Shown piece by piece: positions 10,972 through 20,649 of a stretch of DNA of 64,000 nt. Under the pieces are notes generated by a model that made no database searches, was not told the DNA's origin, and saw nothing but the letters and a program-made list of their open reading frames with translations. How positions within the stretch are numbered: the stretch's first letter is position 1; every line of letters starts with the position of its first letter. This DNA is from an uncultured Bacillales bacterium (lineage in GTDB: Bacteria; Bacillota; Bacilli; Bacillales; CAVSKA01): positions 76,127 through 140,126 of the forward strand of contig CAVSKA010000017.1 in assembly GCA_963728315.1 (NCBI GenBank). The letters run 5' to 3'. The translations under genes and the position numbers were made by a program.

Positions 10972-11706
10972 ATGGAATATAAGGGTTCAGCGGCTTACAA
11001 TGATCAAAAATTTTTTAATCGGTATATGGAAAGACGGTATAGAGCAGAGAGCCCAAATCGATTAATTGAAAAACCAGCGACACTAGATTTATTAGGAGAC
11101 GTGATGGGGAAAAAAATTCTTGACCTTGGATGTGGAGATGCTTCACTCGCTCATGACTTAATCGAAAGTGGTTGCTTATCGTATAAAGGTGTGGAAGGCT
11201 CAACTAATATGTACGAAAAAGCCTTGATAAATTTAAAAAACACTATAGGGACAATCGATTTTTCTAATTTAGAGGAGTATGATTTCCCAAATTCAACATA
11301 TGATATTGTTGTTTCTCAATTAGTACTTCACTACATAGAAGATTTTCAACAAATTTCAAAGCGTATTTATTCAACATTAAAAGAAGGAGGGCGACTTGTT
11401 TTCAGTGTACAACATCCGTTAACAACCGCTTTTATGGAAGAGCAGCATGGGAAAGGAAAAAGATCGAGTTGGATCGTAGATGATTATTTTTATAGTGGGA
11501 AAAGAACGGAAGCCTGGATTGGAGAAGATGTCGTTAAATATCATCGGACCATTGAAGAATATTTTATGATGTTACAACAATCAGGATTTGTTATCGAAAC
11601 ACTCCGAGAACCTAAGCCAAACGAGGAAGATTTTACGAACCAAGAGGAATACAAAAGAAGAATGCGCATTCCGCTATTTTTATTACTATCTGCGACAAAA
11701 AAATAA
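10972..11706 (+). CDS. class I SAM-dependent methyltransferase
   Basis: Motif I ILDLGCGDA. GGGAGG RBS 7 nt before ATG 10972 (the track ORF starts at 10939). Confidence 0.85.
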   Translation: MEYKGSAAYNDQKFFNRYMERRYRAESPNRLIEKPATLDLLGDVMGKKILDLGCGDASLAHDLIESGCLSYKGVEGSTNMYEKALINLKNTIGTIDFSNLEEYDFPNSTYDIVVSQLVLHYIEDFQQISKRIYSTLKEGGRLVFSVQHPLTTAFMEEQHGKGKRSSWIVDDYFYSGKRTEAWIGEDVVKYHRTIEEYFMMLQQSGFVIETLREPKPNEEDFTNQEEYKRRMRIPLFLLLSATKK

Positions 11707-11812
11707 CAATTCAAATTTAATAATTGAGAAGGTAGATGGGAAAGCTGTAAGGAAATATCAAAAAGAAGGATTCGTTATTTTCAAAGCAGGTAATATTTAA
11801 CACCACCATTCG

Positions 11813-11860
11813 GATCAGGAACCGCTTACATTTTTGAGTGGTTCTGATCTCTTTTTTTTC
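11813..11860 (+). terminator. intrinsic terminator
   Basis: GATCAGGAACC..GGTTCTGATC hairpin followed by CTCTTTTTTTT. Confidence 0.8.
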
Positions 11861-11913
11861 AAAACCGAGGGAGATAATGCGATTTAATCGCAGAATAACG
11901 TAATTTTTTAACA

Positions 11914-11942
11914 TTGACAGCCAATTTTCATCAAGCTATTAT
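11914..11942 (+). promoter_or_regulatory. sigma-A-type promoter upstream of dtpT
   Basis: TTGACA (11914-11919), 17-bp spacer, TATTAT (11937-11942). Confidence 0.55.
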
Positions 11943-12024
11943 TGTATTTACATTATTTATTATTTTCATTTTATTATTTTCGGTAGGTACTTAGCTACTA
12001 GAGACTTAAAAAGGGAGATTTATT

Positions 12025-13521
12025 ATGACAACTAGAGACAGCGACAAGATCGCTCAGAGTGTCCCGCAAACAGGTTTCTTTGGACACCCTAGAGGATTAT
12101 TTACTTTGTTTTTTACAGAATTTTGGGAGCGTTTCTCGTATTATGGAATGAGAGCGATTCTTCTTTACTACATGTACTATAATGTTACAAAAGGCGGATT
12201 AGGAATTGATCAGACGACCGCACTTTCAATTATGTCTGTCTATGGTTCACTAGTATATATGTCCGGGGTTATTGGCGGGTGGATGTCGGATCGATTATTC
12301 GGATCGACGAAAACCGTATTTTATGGTGGGATTTTAATCATGCTTGGTCACATCGTTTTGGCTTTGCCAATTGGTTTGACTGGATTATTTATTTCAATGG
12401 TTTTAATCGTAATTGGTACAGGCTTATTAAAACCAAATGTTTCAACAGTAGTCGGCGATATGTATACTGATAACGACACACGTCGTGATGCAGGATTTAG
12501 TATTTTTTACATGGGAATTAACTTAGGGGCGTTTATTGCACCACTTATAGTTGGTACAATTGGACAAAAGTATAACTTCCATTTAGGGTTTAGTCTTGCT
12601 GCGATTGGAATGTTCATCGGATTGGTTGTCTTCGTTGTAACGAAAAAGAAAAGCCTAGGCTTAGCTGGATCAGCTATACCGAATCCTCTTGCTAAGGAAG
12701 AGAAAAAGAAAGTTTTCACTATTTTTGCAATCAGTGCAGTCGTTCTTGCTATTCTTGTTACAGTTGGAATTATGACAAGTACATTAACAATAGAAGTATT
12801 TACTACATTTGTGAGTATTTTTGGAATTCTTATTCCAACGCTTTACTTCATTGTCATGTACCGCAGTAAGAAAACAACAGTAACAGAAAAATCACGTTTG
12901 CTTGCTTATATTCCTTTATTTATTGCTGCTGTTATGTTCTGGGCGATTGCAGAGCAAGGTTCAAACGTATTAGCTGTCTATGCAGATAAACGTACAAATT
13001 TAAATTTGGGTGGTTTTAAGATTCAATCATCTTGGTTCCAATCATTAAATCCATTGTTTATCGTTGCACTTGCACCAATGTTTGCTGGTCTATGGGTTAA
13101 ACTTGGAGATCGTCAACCATCGACACCTAAGAAATTTGCTTACGGACTTGTTTTCGCTGGGCTATCATTCTTAATTATGATGATCCCTGCTTACATACAC
13201 GGAACAGCTTTACATGTAGTAAGCCCATTTTGGTTAGTATTAAGCTTCTTCTTAGCTGTAATTGGAGAACTATTGCTTTCTCCAGTCGGATTGTCAGCAA
13301 CAACGAAACTGGCACCAGCTGCTTTCTCAGCACAAACGATGAGTCTTTGGTTCTTGTCAAATGCTGCTGCGCAAGCATTGAATGCACAGCTCGTTAAATT
13401 GTATCACCCAGAAACAGAAGTGCTTTACTTCGGAGGAATGGGTATAGCTGCAGTTATTCTAGGAATTATTTTATTTATGATGTCACCTATGCTTCAACGA
13501 GCAATGAAAGGTGTACGCTAA
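12025..13521 (+). CDS. dtpT: proton-dependent di/tripeptide transporter (POT/PTR2 family)
   Basis: 498 aa, multi-TM. PTR2 signature FTEFWERFSYYGMRAILLYY. Confidence 0.9.
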   Translation: MTTRDSDKIAQSVPQTGFFGHPRGLFTLFFTEFWERFSYYGMRAILLYYMYYNVTKGGLGIDQTTALSIMSVYGSLVYMSGVIGGWMSDRLFGSTKTVFYGGILIMLGHIVLALPIGLTGLFISMVLIVIGTGLLKPNVSTVVGDMYTDNDTRRDAGFSIFYMGINLGAFIAPLIVGTIGQKYNFHLGFSLAAIGMFIGLVVFVVTKKKSLGLAGSAIPNPLAKEEKKKVFTIFAISAVVLAILVTVGIMTSTLTIEVFTTFVSIFGILIPTLYFIVMYRSKKTTVTEKSRLLAYIPLFIAAVMFWAIAEQGSNVLAVYADKRTNLNLGGFKIQSSWFQSLNPLFIVALAPMFAGLWVKLGDRQPSTPKKFAYGLVFAGLSFLIMMIPAYIHGTALHVVSPFWLVLSFFLAVIGELLLSPVGLSATTKLAPAAFSAQTMSLWFLSNAAAQALNAQLVKLYHPETEVLYFGGMGIAAVILGIILFMMSPMLQRAMKGVR

Positions 13522-13538
13522 AAACTGGTCGATCTAAG

Positions 13539-13571
13539 CTTGGTTCTCTTTTTTAGAGAACCAAGTTTTTT
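13539..13571 (+). terminator. intrinsic terminator after dtpT
   Basis: CTTGGTTCTC..GAGAACCAAG followed by TTTTTT. Confidence 0.85.
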
Positions 13572-13696
13572 GTTATTTAAAAATTTCTTGGGCAGAGAAA
13601 ACATCTTTTGTGATCTCTTCAAGTCTGTTATTTATATCGCCAAGCTGAATACCATTTAATAGCAACATAATTTTTTAATAAAATATTTATCAACCA

Positions 13697-14058
13697 GAAG
13701 AGGCTGGGACAGAACTAAAATGCCCAAGATGTTAAGTTGCAACTAATGCTCTAACTTAGTCCATTTCATGCTTTATTTCCCAGATCTGAAATGACAACCT
13801 TACAGGTGACTATTCTTTCATATTCGATTCTCGTTTTCGCCGTCTTCGCAAATAATTCCCCAGGAGTCGCCGTCTGCCACTTCAATCGAATAAAATGTTT
13901 GACTTGTAAGAACTGATTTCTAATGATGGAATTGATTTAAACGAATTAAATAATAAAGTGAAAAATTCTAACGAATACGAAAAATCTACTTAGAATTTCG
14001 CTATATCGTTCGGCAAATTTTTCATTTACAACTAAAATACATTTTTCTCAACTCTTTT
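13697..14058 (-). mobile_element. family-A MITE-like repeat, copy A3
   Basis: Left end is GAAGAGGCTGGGACAGAACTAAAATGCCC; the right end is the reverse complement of AAAAAGAGTTGAGAAAAATGTATTTTAG. Collinear with A1. Lies between the convergent dtpT and histidine kinase genes. Confidence 0.8.
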
Positions 14059-14114
14059 TGGTTGTAATAAAAGAGAAAAGAGGAGTGAACTTGATCGTCT
14101 GAATTCTACTGCTT

Positions 14115-15563
14115 CTAGATTTCACTATTTTTAGATGTCGGTAATCGGAGGGTGAAAGTAGTTCCTTCAATCGAGCTTTCTTTTAAAATAAGGTTACCAT
14201 TTAAGGCTTGAGCTAACATTTTACTAAAGGGTAAACCAAGTCCAAGCCCTCTTACAGCGTATTTTTTGCTTTCACCACGAAAGAACCGTTCGAAAATGCG
14301 ATTTTGTTCTTCGGCTGGTATCCCTGTTCCTTCATCACGTATATCGATTTCAAGCGTTTGATCTAGCACTTTATTGAGCGTGATACGGAGCTTTCCACTA
14401 AAGTTCATTGCTTGCATACCATTGTTCAGCAAGTTCACAATAATTTGTTGAACTCGGAGTGGATCTAACCACAATTCTTCATTTTCAATGAGGAAGTTAC
14501 TCTCAACTCGAATGTCTTTATTATTCAGCGCAGATTGCCACTGATGAATGATTTCTCTCATTAAATCGTTAATCATTACTTTTTCATTTCTAAGTGGAAC
14601 GGATTTTGCTGAGAAAGAGTTGAAATCTAGCAAGTCCTCGACCATTTTCTGCATCCGGCTAACTTCAATTAAAGACATTTGCAAAAATTCTTTAGCTTCA
14701 TCGTCTTGCACTACTCCATCTTTAACAGCCTGAATAAGTCCACTAATGGAGGTGACAGGTGTTTTTAACTCATGAGTAACGCCAGCTAATAGTTCTGTAC
14801 GCAATGATTCAAGCTGATTTAATCTTTGAACCATTTGCTTAAAGGAAGTAACAAGCTCATAAATTTCAAGTTCTTGAACATTTTCATTTAATACAATATT
14901 GTAATCTTCTTCTTGCACCTTTTTTGCAGCCTCTGAAACCATTTTAATTGGCTGTGTTAAACTTCTAGTGAGAAAATAAATGGCAAGCCAGCCAAGAACG
15001 GTCATACTGACAATGGAGATGGAGAGTAAATGGTACTCATTTTCGACATGAATCAATTCTTGCTCTGTTTGGATAATAATGACCCATCCAAGCAAAGTCC
15101 CATCTAGCATGATCTTTCTTTTTACTACATAATATGGGTTTTCAAGTTCGTTAGGTAAAGTTACTTTTTCTACTTCTTTTTTATTTGAAATAAATGACTG
15201 CAAGTTTTCTTTTTGAATACCTTCATTTGGTGGTCTGTTTTGAAATGCGATTTTTCCATTCGTATCTAATATATAAATTTTCGGATGGGTATGATTGTTT
15301 AAAAATCTCTCTTCAGCGGATTTTAAAATAAAATTCTTTCCTCTTGGTTCAGGAGGAGTATCAACGTTGTTGTATATAATACGATCAGCAATATCATCAG
15401 CAATAAAACCAGTAAACTGAAGGTTGCTTTGAAGAGTATTATGCCGAATCCAAAAGACAGATACGATCGTGATAATAAGAAGTCCAATACATAGAGTTAA
15501 AAGGTATCGAGTTGTCCAATAACGTAATAACGTTCTTTTCTTAGGTTGATTACTCGTAAACAC
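14115..15563 (-). CDS. sensor histidine kinase (two TM helices, extracytoplasmic PAS/Cache-like domain, HAMP, HisKA, HATPase)
   Basis: H-box GVTHELKTPVTS; N/G boxes LLNNGMQA, RDEGTGI, GLGLGL. Overlaps the regulator gene by 14 nt. Confidence 0.9.
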   Translation of the reverse strand: MFTSNQPKKRTLLRYWTTRYLLTLCIGLLIITIVSVFWIRHNTLQSNLQFTGFIADDIADRIIYNNVDTPPEPRGKNFILKSAEERFLNNHTHPKIYILDTNGKIAFQNRPPNEGIQKENLQSFISNKKEVEKVTLPNELENPYYVVKRKIMLDGTLLGWVIIIQTEQELIHVENEYHLLSISIVSMTVLGWLAIYFLTRSLTQPIKMVSEAAKKVQEEDYNIVLNENVQELEIYELVTSFKQMVQRLNQLESLRTELLAGVTHELKTPVTSISGLIQAVKDGVVQDDEAKEFLQMSLIEVSRMQKMVEDLLDFNSFSAKSVPLRNEKVMINDLMREIIHQWQSALNNKDIRVESNFLIENEELWLDPLRVQQIIVNLLNNGMQAMNFSGKLRITLNKVLDQTLEIDIRDEGTGIPAEEQNRIFERFFRGESKKYAVRGLGLGLPFSKMLAQALNGNLILKESSIEGTTFTLRLPTSKNSEI

Positions 15564-16236
15564 AGAACTGATACCCCAATCCCCGAAGTGTTTTGATTTC
15601 GCCTTCGTTTACTGACCAATTTTGAAAGAGTTTTCTTATTCGTTTAATCGACAAATCGACAGCACGATCGCTTCCATCGTAATCGATGCCCCATACGTGA
15701 TCAATCAACTGATCTCTAGTAAACGTTTGGTTAGGATGATCGGCAAGAAACATGAAAAGAGAAAGATCTCGTGGGGTTAGAGAAAGTTCTGCGCCATTTA
15801 ACCATACACTGTGAGACTCTCTATTTATTTTTAAACTCCCGAATTGCTTAATCCTACTAACTTGATCATCAAGAAGATGAGATCTTCTTAATATAGCTTG
15901 AACACGGGCGATGACTTCGTCTGCAATAAAAGGTTTTGAGATATAATCGTCTGCACCACTGTGGAATCCAGAAAGACGATCATCGATTTCTCCTAGAGCC
16001 GTTAACATGATTATAGGGCAAGAGCTCTTCTCTCTCACTTCTTTTAACACATTCCACCCATTTAGTCCCGGTAACATCACATCTAAAAGAATGAGTGAAG
16101 GCTTAGTTGAATGAAACAGTGTAATTGCCTCGTTTCCATCGTAAGCTTGGACAACCTCATACCCTGCTTTCCTTAAATAAACCTTCAATACTTGGCTAAT
16201 CGCTACTTCGTCTTCCACAATTAAGATTGTTTTCAT
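15550..16236 (-). CDS. OmpR-family response regulator
   Basis: Receiver domain (ILIVEDE, LILLDVMLPG) plus a winged-helix C-terminal domain (..LRGLGYQF). Confidence 0.9.
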   Translation of the reverse strand: MKTILIVEDEVAISQVLKVYLRKAGYEVVQAYDGNEAITLFHSTKPSLILLDVMLPGLNGWNVLKEVREKSSCPIIMLTALGEIDDRLSGFHSGADDYISKPFIADEVIARVQAILRRSHLLDDQVSRIKQFGSLKINRESHSVWLNGAELSLTPRDLSLFMFLADHPNQTFTRDQLIDHVWGIDYDGSDRAVDLSIKRIRKLFQNWSVNEGEIKTLRGLGYQFCVYE

Positions 16237-16276
16237 ATGACTATCCTCCTCCTTTTAGCAGTTGCTTGTCAATCGT

Positions 16277-16311
16277 TAAAAGAGTCCTCGATCGGGGTTA
16301 TCGAGGACTCA
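16277..16311 (-). terminator. hairpin between the repeat-protein gene and the response regulator gene
   Basis: GAGTCCTCGAT-N7-ATCGAGGACTC. On the minus strand it is followed by only TTTT, so termination may be partial. Confidence 0.5.
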
Positions 16312-16369
16312 AAAAATAACATTCAATTGTCTAATAATTAACAGTTCGCTTTTGTCATTCATATATCCT

Positions 16370-17446
16370 TTAATTGACGATCGTTTTTTCCTTGTTTGAA
16401 TCATTCGAATTTAAATTCGCTCTATCTCTTGATTCATCAAAATTTGGTCCACCTTTAAGACCTCTTAATCCTTCACCTTTTGGCCCATGAAAATTTCCTC
16501 GGGGACCTTTAAATGCGGGCCCTTTGAAGGCTTTTTTATCTGGGAACAATCCTAAACTTTTTGCCTCGTCAGGATGATTCGTCATGATCTCATCCATTAA
16601 TTCGCGAGTGTTTTTCCCAGTTGTAACAATTCCAAGCTTTTTTGCAGCGGCAAGAACTTTGGCATCACGGACTTCTTTTGCAAGAGCCTTTGTATCTTTC
16701 CCGGTAGTAGAGATACCTAGCTCTTTAGCATCTTTAAGAATACGGGCATCACGGACTTCTTTTGCAAGAGCCTTTGTATCTTTCCCAGTAGTAGAGATAC
16801 CTAGCTCTTTAGCATCTTTAAGAATACGGGCATCACGAACTTCTTTTGCAAGAGCTTTTGTATCTTTCCCAGTAGTGGAGATCCCAAGTTCTTTTGCTTC
16901 TTTTTTGACTTGAGCATCACGGATTTCTTTAAAGATCGTGTCCGTATCTTTCCCAGTAGTGGAGATCCCAAGTTCTTTTGCTTCTTTTTTGACTTGAGCG
17001 TCACGAATTTCTTTAAAGAGCGTGTCCGTATCTTTTCCCGTTGTAGAGATCCCAAGTTCTTTTGCTTCTTTTTTGACTTGAGCGTCACGAATTTCTTTAA
17101 AGAGCGTGTCCGTATCTTTTCCCGTTGTAGAGATCCCAAGTTTTTTTGCTTCTTTTTTGATTTGAGCATCACGAATTTCTTTGAAAAGAGTAGCTGTATC
17201 TTTTCCTGACGTTTTGATTCCGAGTTTTTCAGCTTTCTTTTTTAATTGATCAGCACTCATTTTTGGAGGGAGCAAATCTTTAAAACCTTTTTGATGACCT
17301 TCATGTTTTTCTCCTGAAGGAGTTCCAGTAGCTTGTGATACGGTTGCTGAGGGATTAGTTGCTGCAAAAGCAGGGACCGAACCTAAAATTCCGATTGTTA
17401 TAACACTACTCAAAGCTAAAGACAATTTCTTTTTCTTTTTCATCAT
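16370..17446 (-). CDS. secreted protein with about 8 tandem 28-aa repeats (AKELGISTTGKDT..L.KE.RDA...K.)
   Basis: N-terminal signal peptide MMKKKKKLSLALSSVITIGILGSVPAFA|AT. 84-bp DNA period. Gly/Pro/Lys-rich C-terminal tail. Confidence 0.8.
   Translation of the reverse strand: MMKKKKKLSLALSSVITIGILGSVPAFAATNPSATVSQATGTPSGEKHEGHQKGFKDLLPPKMSADQLKKKAEKLGIKTSGKDTATLFKEIRDAQIKKEAKKLGISTTGKDTDTLFKEIRDAQVKKEAKELGISTTGKDTDTLFKEIRDAQVKKEAKELGISTTGKDTDTIFKEIRDAQVKKEAKELGISTTGKDTKALAKEVRDARILKDAKELGISTTGKDTKALAKEVRDARILKDAKELGISTTGKDTKALAKEVRDAKVLAAAKKLGIVTTGKNTRELMDEIMTNHPDEAKSLGLFPDKKAFKGPAFKGPRGNFHGPKGEGLRGLKGGPNFDESRDRANLNSNDSNKEKTIVN
16560..17235 (-). repeat. 84-bp coding tandem repeat array (two near-identical subfamilies, about 3 and 4 units, plus diverged end units)
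   Basis: Near-identical 84-bp units are visible directly. They also generate the long spurious ORFs in other frames at 16584..16913 (+), 16801..17172 (-) and 16910..17209 (+). Confidence 0.9.
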
Positions 17447-17813
17447 TATTTTGCCTCCTGGTCATTGAAATATGGAGATCTTTTAATCATGCCTCTCCAC
17501 AATCAATACTATACAAGCTGATTGTGTCAGCTAAACGTCAAGGTGATTGATCAAGAAAAAAAGTTGTCCAGTTGTCTTTTCGTTTTTCTCCAGTAGGAAC
17601 AGAACGAGTTATATACATGAAGGATAGAGTGACTGACACACGAGAATAGTATCGTGTTCCTAAAGCGGGTGTAGGAGTTATTATCAAGGACCTTGCTTTT
17701 TAATAACTAAAAATTTCGAAGCATAACTCATTCGATGAAAAAGAAAAGACTGACTCACAAAGATCGTTTTTAAACAATCTTCGAGTCAATCTCATGAAAG
17801 ATCAAGCTTCATT

Positions 17814-18494
17814 CTATAAAATGATTTCCGATTCTAGTGCTTTCGAGCGATGATCGGAAAGTTGGTCATAAAATTTTGCTGCTGCGGTACTATAATATGG
17901 AACAACCCAGATTAGAGCTAGGCCGATTGTGACTAAACACAAAAGCCACCAACCAATAAAACTTAAACCAAATACAAAATATTTCCATTTATTTCCGTCC
18001 ATCAATTCTCTACTTTTCGTAATGGCTTGATTTGGGGAATATTCCGGATGATCTTTTAGAATGTAATACACTTGAGAATAAGCGATCGACTTAATAATAC
18101 CTGGAATGATGAATAATAATGACCATAAAATTGTAAAAATTCCTGCTAAAAGTGTAGTGAGAATTGTTTTAATAAAAACATTGGCATTCGTTATGGGTAT
18201 GAAAATATCACTAATTTGCGCAGTTTCACCGCGAACGAGACGAAGGTAAACCCAATATGAACCTACCACAATAGGAAAAACAATAAGTGAAATAAGCATA
18301 GAGAGAAGACTGCCCAATATAGAAGCACTATTGTCTCCAACTATATAATTGTGAAACCCTCCACTTGCTAAAATATCAATAAATTCCGGGAATAGACCAT
18401 AGATGGCAAAGCTTATTACGGAAATCAATAGTCCGAAACCCCAGTGTTTCTTAATTACTTGTTTTGCTTCTCTTTTAATATCTCTAATATTCAT
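17814..18494 (-). CDS. DUF975-family integral membrane protein
   Basis: 226 aa. N-terminus MNIRDIKREAKQVIKKHWGF.. and the TM pattern are typical of DUF975 proteins. Confidence 0.7.
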   Translation of the reverse strand: MNIRDIKREAKQVIKKHWGFGLLISVISFAIYGLFPEFIDILASGGFHNYIVGDNSASILGSLLSMLISLIVFPIVVGSYWVYLRLVRGETAQISDIFIPITNANVFIKTILTTLLAGIFTILWSLLFIIPGIIKSIAYSQVYYILKDHPEYSPNQAITKSRELMDGNKWKYFVFGLSFIGWWLLCLVTIGLALIWVVPYYSTAAAKFYDQLSDHRSKALESEIIL

Positions 18495-18746
18495 TATACA
18501 TCTCCTTTTTTGACTAAATAGTATGTTATAAAGTTCACCTTGCTCGTAGTATGAGTTCCTCTACTAACCTCCATATTATCATAAGAAACTTCCTTTTTTG
18601 ACATTTTTTTCATTATTCACTAAACTTTTAGTATACAAGATTAGAATTGAATTCATAGGTGTAAAATTGTACTCTTAAAATAGATTTTCGTTCATTATTT
18701 CTCGACTAAGGCTCAATCACGAAAGAAAAAAGAAAGGAACATATAA

Positions 18747-19193
18747 ATGAACTTTTACCTATCAAGTAGTTTTGCTAATAAAAGCGTAGTGAGAAAGGTC
18801 GCCTCGATGTTAATCTCCAGTGGATTTAGACAAACATACGATTGGACGATGAATCAACATGTTCAAAGTATTGAGGATTTAGCACGCATAGGGGAAGAAG
18901 AAAAAAGTGCTATTTTCAATGCCGATTTTTTAATCCTACTACTTCCAGGTGGGAAAGGAAGCCACATAGAATTCGGAATCGCTCTAGGACTAGGAAAAAG
19001 AATTTACCTCTATTCAGAAATGAATAAAATGAATGAATTCGAAACGACAAGTACTTTTTATCACGTTAATGGAGTGACATCATGTTCAGGAAGTTTGGAT
19101 GACCTTGTAAAGAAAATTTCAATTAATGAGGGCAAACTAAAAAAAATGTGTACCACAGTATATGACTCTGATGATAAAAGTAACACTAAGTAA
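18747..19193 (+). CDS. nucleoside 2-deoxyribosyltransferase-like protein (orphan)
   Basis: FYLSSSF near the N-terminus and ADFLILLLPGGKGSHIEFGIALGLGKRIYLY match the NDT-like fold pattern, including a conserved Glu in IEFG. Family assignment is by eye only. Confidence 0.45.
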   Translation: MNFYLSSSFANKSVVRKVASMLISSGFRQTYDWTMNQHVQSIEDLARIGEEEKSAIFNADFLILLLPGGKGSHIEFGIALGLGKRIYLYSEMNKMNEFETTSTFYHVNGVTSCSGSLDDLVKKISINEGKLKKMCTTVYDSDDKSNTK

Positions 19194-19282
19194 ATTATTT
19201 TTTATAGAAGAATCGATCACTGTGACTTGTGCCTACTGGTTGAATAGTTTATCAGCTATATATTTGTCGAGCACTCACACAA

Positions 19283-19312
19283 AAAAAGAGCTGGTGTAAA
19301 TCCAGCTCAAAA
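19283..19312 (-). terminator. intrinsic terminator of the DUF2268 gene
   Basis: GAGCTGG..CCAGCTC hairpin, followed on the minus strand by TTTTTTT. Confidence 0.75.
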
Positions 19313-19340
19313 AAATTATTCCTCAACCATTTCTCGTGTA

Positions 19341-20312
19341 CTAGTTATTGCTTTCTAATAAGTATTTATATTCACTACCTTGAATTATTTTTTTGGGATC
19401 TAAGGCTGTCCATTCTTTAATTGTAGAATTTTGATTTCTAATTAAATAACTCTGCATAATTTTATATCCAATAATATAATTTGCCCATTTTGGAATATTT
19501 TTAGTAGCGTTTCCATTCATAAATTCATTGTATAATTCTTGATCAAAACTACTTCCGTGTTTCTTTAACTGCTCTAAAGCATCCATTATTAAATCTTCAG
19601 GAACGTCTTGCGTCCAGCTGACTTCAATATCTGGATAGATCATTTTTGCAAACGTGTCTCCTTTACCTTCAAAAACAACAAAATCCAATAGTGAGCTACC
19701 GATTGAATCTTCCATATTCACAGTGTGATGATATTCATGTGCAATCGTGTACTTTAGCTGGTCTTCTGAGAAATTAGGATTGATTTGTAATAATATGAAG
19801 TTTTGACTCAATGTCCATGCAGCTACCCCATTCATATCATCAATAGGCACTTCAGGATTAATTGGCATTACAACAACCACCTTATCTCCACCAGAAAGTT
19901 CCTTAGAAGAGGAGATGAGAGCATCTTTAATTGCATTATTTATCTTATTTTGCTTCATAAGTAACTCTTTTGAATACTTTTCAAGACGATTAACATCTCT
20001 AGTGGTAGTTAGAAAATTTGATAAGTCTGTTGATAGGGTTAATTTATTATCTGTTATTTTCTCTCTTAAGGGCTGAGTAACCGTATCATTATATAGATCA
20101 TTATTATTTAATGCAGGCTCTTCGTTTGCTTTTTTTGTATAATCTAGAACCTCTTTATAAAATGGAATGACTTTAAATTTTTGTTCTCCATGATTAAACT
20201 CAACCTCTTTTTGTGAAGGTAATTTTTTAATTTCATCATGACCACTTTCCTTTGAGCAACCAACAAGTATTAAAAGTAAAGCGGAAATAAGAATAAGAAT
20301 TCTTTTAATCAT
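19341..20312 (-). CDS. DUF2268-type predicted Zn-dependent protease, lipoprotein
   Basis: GGAGGGGG RBS before ATG 20312 (the track ORF extends to 20432). Lipobox LLILVGCS. HExxH-like AHEYHH. Confidence 0.65.
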   Translation of the reverse strand: MIKRILILISALLLILVGCSKESGHDEIKKLPSQKEVEFNHGEQKFKVIPFYKEVLDYTKKANEEPALNNNDLYNDTVTQPLREKITDNKLTLSTDLSNFLTTTRDVNRLEKYSKELLMKQNKINNAIKDALISSSKELSGGDKVVVVMPINPEVPIDDMNGVAAWTLSQNFILLQINPNFSEDQLKYTIAHEYHHTVNMEDSIGSSLLDFVVFEGKGDTFAKMIYPDIEVSWTQDVPEDLIMDALEQLKKHGSSFDQELYNEFMNGNATKNIPKWANYIIGYKIMQSYLIRNQNSTIKEWTALDPKKIIQGSEYKYLLESNN

Positions 20313-20649
20313 TTTCACCCCCTCCATTTTTATAAAAATTTGAAGTTGATTGTATATAAAAAATTCCATATAAGGAAATATATTATTATTATATAATATA
20401 TTTGGAAATTGTTGAATGTAATTAGTGGACAAAGTTTATTCTAGATGATTAATGATGAAAATAAAAATAGCAACAAAAAAATTAAAAGTGATAATAATAT
20501 AGATATTTATTCACTGGTGTTGCGTAAATAATAAAGAAAAATTTAATCTATTTATTCTCGTGGTGAAACAAGACTTAAGTACTAAATTCATGTAAATATA
20601 TTTTAATTCTTGCTATAATAAGGAAAGATTAAGAATTGAGGATTTGCTA

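Noticed and set aside
11920-11936. CodY box in the dtpT promoter spacer (AATTTTCATCAAGCT).
   Set aside because: Only about 10 of 15 positions match AATTTTCWGAAAATT, which is common by chance in AT-rich promoters.
16584-17209. Long ORFs in other frames and on the opposite strand across the tandem-repeat gene (16584..16913 +, 16801..17172 -, 16910..17209 +).
   Set aside because: They are a by-product of the 84-bp periodic sequence. Only the minus-strand frame with the signal peptide, RBS and non-repetitive termini is credible.
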